Translations under genes and position numbers: made by a program | Part shown: positions 61,228 to 64,000 of the stretch, piece after piece | How the letters are laid out: every line of letters starts with the position of its first letter | Position numbering within the stretch: the first letter of the stretch is position 1 | From: Nitrososphaeria archaeon | Lineage (GTDB): Archaea > Thermoproteota > Nitrososphaeria > JACIWG01 | Assembly: GCA_963752255.1 (NCBI GenBank) | Contig: CAVVXT010000010.1 | Span: 1 to 64,000 of the forward strand | Direction of reading: 5' to 3' | DNA length: 64,000 nt | The notes under the pieces: model-generated | What the model was told of the DNA's origin: nothing | The model's input: only the letters and a program-made list of their open reading frames with translations | The model's database searches: none

Positions 61228-62475
61228 TTATGGAAAGTTGCCTGAAAGTTTCATCGCTTCAACAACTCTGTTAATGCTCAGGATGAGCGCAGCTGTTCTC
61301 ATATCGACGTCTTTTGATGATGCAATGTTGTGGACGTCGAGGAAGGCTTCGTGCATCTTCTTTTCTAAACGTTTGTTAACCTCGTCCTCTGTCCAATAAA
61401 AGCGAGACAAGTTTTGCACCCATTCAAAGTAGCTTACTAGTACGCCTCCACCGTTTGCCAAGATATCAGGTACAACGAGAACATCCCTGTCAAATAGGAT
61501 CCTGTCCGCTTCCGGTGTAGTCGGACCATTCGCTCCTTCCACGATTATCTTTGCCTGAACCTTGCCCGCGTTTCCCTTATGTATTTGACCCTCAAGCGCT
61601 GATGGAATTAAGATATCACATGAGATTTCTAAGAGTTCTTCATTTGAGATACTTTTAGAGCCCGGATAGCCTACTACTGAGCCCGTCTTTTCCTTATACT
61701 TTAAAACGTCCGACGGATCCAAGCCTTTTTCACAATATATACCACCCCTCGAATCACTTACAGCTACAATCTTAGAACCGTACTCCTTCGCTATGATCGC
61801 AGCATTTGCACCGACGTTACCAAATCCCTGGACAGCGATTCCTCTTCCAGCCAAACTTTTTCTAGTCAGCTTAGCAGCTTCTTTAGCGATGACCACTGCG
61901 CCTCGTGAGGTGGAAGTTGAACGCCCCAACGAACCCCCTAAGGAGATTGGTTTACCTGTTACAACTGCTGGAACTTGATAGCCTACAATATGACTGTAGG
62001 TGTCCATTATCCAAGCCATAGTCTGAGAATCCGTGTAGACATCTGGTGCAAGGATATCCACATAAGGACCAATAACAGGAGATATCATCATAGTGTACTT
62101 CCTAGTCAGTCTCTCAAGTTCGTCTTTTGACATTTCTTTAGGGTTGCAGGTGACACCCCCCTTTGCACCACCGTATGGAATGTTCAATACAGAGGTCTTC
62201 CACGTCATCCACATTGATAGAGCACGAACTTCGTTAACGTCTACGGTAGGATGGTATCTAATACCGCCTTTGAACGGCCCACGCGCGTCGTTATGTTGGA
62301 TGCGATAGCCTGTAAAAACCTTTACCTGCCCATTATCCATTTTAACTGGGAAACTCACTTGTAATTCTCTCTTGGGTTTACTTAGCATATCTACAGTAGC
62401 TTGGTCAAGGTCGATGTACTTCGCGGCATTCCTCAACTGTTCTTTTGCGATATCGTACGTGTTCAAAAACTTCAC
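61228..62475 (-). CDS. gdhA: glutamate dehydrogenase
   Basis: GPFKGGIRY, MTWK, GGAKGG, QGFGNVG, EGANGP, VSYFEWVQN. Confidence 0.96.
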   Translation of the reverse strand: MKFLNTYDIAKEQLRNAAKYIDLDQATVDMLSKPKRELQVSFPVKMDNGQVKVFTGYRIQHNDARGPFKGGIRYHPTVDVNEVRALSMWMTWKTSVLNIPYGGAKGGVTCNPKEMSKDELERLTRKYTMMISPVIGPYVDILAPDVYTDSQTMAWIMDTYSHIVGYQVPAVVTGKPISLGGSLGRSTSTSRGAVVIAKEAAKLTRKSLAGRGIAVQGFGNVGANAAIIAKEYGSKIVAVSDSRGGIYCEKGLDPSDVLKYKEKTGSVVGYPGSKSISNEELLEISCDILIPSALEGQIHKGNAGKVQAKIIVEGANGPTTPEADRILFDRDVLVVPDILANGGGVLVSYFEWVQNLSRFYWTEDEVNKRLEKKMHEAFLDVHNIASSKDVDMRTAALILSINRVVEAMKLSGNFP

Positions 62476-62541
62476 TACGATGAAGTTAAAAATGAATGTT
62501 TATAAGTTTTTCTCGCAGAAAGACTTCTTCTTATTGAAACC

Positions 62542-63199
62542 CTATAGTTGACCTATTAGGGGAATGATGTCGGTTAAGCTGGATACAATGCGGTCAGGTC
62601 CTTCATTTCTAAGCTTTTCTATTGGTGTAAACCCGCCTAATACGACAATAGTCTTTACCCCAACAATCTTAGATGGCGTAATATCTATGATTCCATCGCC
62701 TACTGTTACGCATTCCCAAGGTTTCAGTTTAAAAGAATCTAATAGGTAGCGTATCCCAACCGGAGAAGGTTTCATGAATTCTACATCATCACGAGTTAAG
62801 ATGATGTCGAAAAAGTCGGTGATCTGAAACCTGTTTAAAACAAAATTCGCAGCCCTTCTACCGCTGTTCGTTAAAATCGCCAACTTTTTACCGGAATTTC
62901 GAAGCTCGCTCAATACATCAATAGCATTGGGTCTTAATTCAGTTTTACGCGCTGCCTCTTCTTCAAAAGAATTGAGAACACTATAAACGCGCTCTCGAAC
63001 CTTTTTGTAAACAACCTTCTCAGCGGATTCTCTTACTTTATCTAACATCATATGGTAGCTTACCGAGCCGTCTAAGCCCCCATAGGTCAGGTAGAATTGA
63101 TTTGATCACCTTTAGCACTTCGATTTTCGAGCCATGGATGTCTAACTTAAATTCGACTAGTGTTCCATCTAAATCAAAAAAGATGGCTTTAATCATCAT
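62542..63199 (-). CDS. HAD-family hydrolase, frameshifted
   Basis: Upstream frame MIKAIFFDLDGTLV; ORF 62542-63051 has LTNS, KPSP and VGDGIID. Confidence 0.88.
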
Positions 63200-63349
63200 C
63201 ACACATCAGAAGGAAAGACTTAAGAATTTTTAAAAAAAATAATGGTAGCCTATTTCTATTCTATATCAATTTGAACGCAAGGGTTTATTAAAACGCTTAA
63301 TTAAGAAGATTTATATAAAGAAATTCGGTTAAAGGCACAAGATGAAAAC

Positions 63350-64000
63350 ATGAGCGGAAAGGTGGATAGCTCAAAATACAAACCTGTTACGCCAAACATT
63401 TTATCCAAACTGGAGGAAATAGTTGGCTCAGAGAATCTCTCTACGAGACCTGAAGAGCTGATCTGTTATGCGCGAGATTCGTCAATATTCGTTTACAAAC
63501 CTGATGTCGTATTGAGACCTAGGACTACAGAGGAGGTGGCCGCTACCTTGATGGTCGCCAATGAAAACCACATACCGGTGACGCCTAGAAGTGGTGGAAC
63601 GAGCGCCTCTGGATCGCCTCTAGCTGTTGGTAAGGGAATCCTTCTCGACATGTCAGGTATGACCAAGATTATTTCGATCAATATCGATAACCAGATGGCT
63701 GTAGTTGAACCCGGAGTCTTATGTGACAACCTGAACGAAGAACTTGCAAAGTCCGGTTTCTTCTTTCCTCCCGACCCGGCTAGCAGCCAAGCCTGCTCAA
63801 TAGGAGGAATGGTCAACACAAATGCTTCAGGAAATAGGACAATAAAATATGGCCCGACTAGAGACTATGTCCTCTGGCTCGAAGTTGTTCTTCCTAATGG
63901 TAAAATAATTGAGACAGGTTCAAAAACACTCAAATCCGTATCGTCTTATGATTTAACCAGACTATTTGTTGCCTCCGAAGGCTCCTTAGGTGTCGTCACC
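63350..64000 (+). CDS. FAD-binding oxidoreductase (GlcD/D-lactate dehydrogenase family), truncated by the window end
   Basis: Hand translation gives PDVVLRP, PRSGGTS, VEPGV, FFPPDPAS, SIGGMVNTNASG, KYG and SEGSLG. Confidence 0.9.
   Translation, partial: MSGKVDSSKYKPVTPNILSKLEEIVGSENLSTRPEELICYARDSSIFVYKPDVVLRPRTTEEVAATLMVANENHIPVTPRSGGTSASGSPLAVGKGILLDMSGMTKIISINIDNQMAVVEPGVLCDNLNEELAKSGFFFPPDPASSQACSIGGMVNTNASGNRTIKYGPTRDYVLWLEVVLPNGKIIETGSKTLKSVSSYDLTRLFVASEGSLGVVT

Overview
A 64-kb, AT-rich, gene-dense chromosomal segment of a TACK-type archaeon (inferred from archaeal ATP-dependent ligase, IleS, YchF, paired MoeA and TATA-like promoters). It is mostly housekeeping and anaerobic metabolism: lig, porCDAB, iscS-iscU, proB/proA/proC, ileS, cysS, carAB divergent from hypFCD with hypE/thioredoxin, trxB, moeA x2, ltaE, nfo and gdhA. 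Many genes carry single-base frameshifts that look like assembly errors. Two regions stand out. (1) About 45.5-49.5 kb is an integrase-less mobile-element remnant with orphan genes. It holds an HTH/coiled-coil gene under a 9-bp/30-bp periodic repeat array, a palindromic operator and a tRNA 3'-end att-like site. It also holds a Cas-less CRISPR-like RNA module: one textbook 30-nt repeat (GTTTTAATCGAACTATAATAGGATTGAAAG), a degenerate repeat 36 nt upstream, a possible third unit downstream and an upstream anti-repeat. (2) A three-gene block between proB and proA encodes an amidase, an enolase paralog and a glycerate-kinase paralog, all with rewired active-site motifs, suggesting an undescribed catabolic pathway. 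All calls come from reading motifs by eye; no database searches were run.
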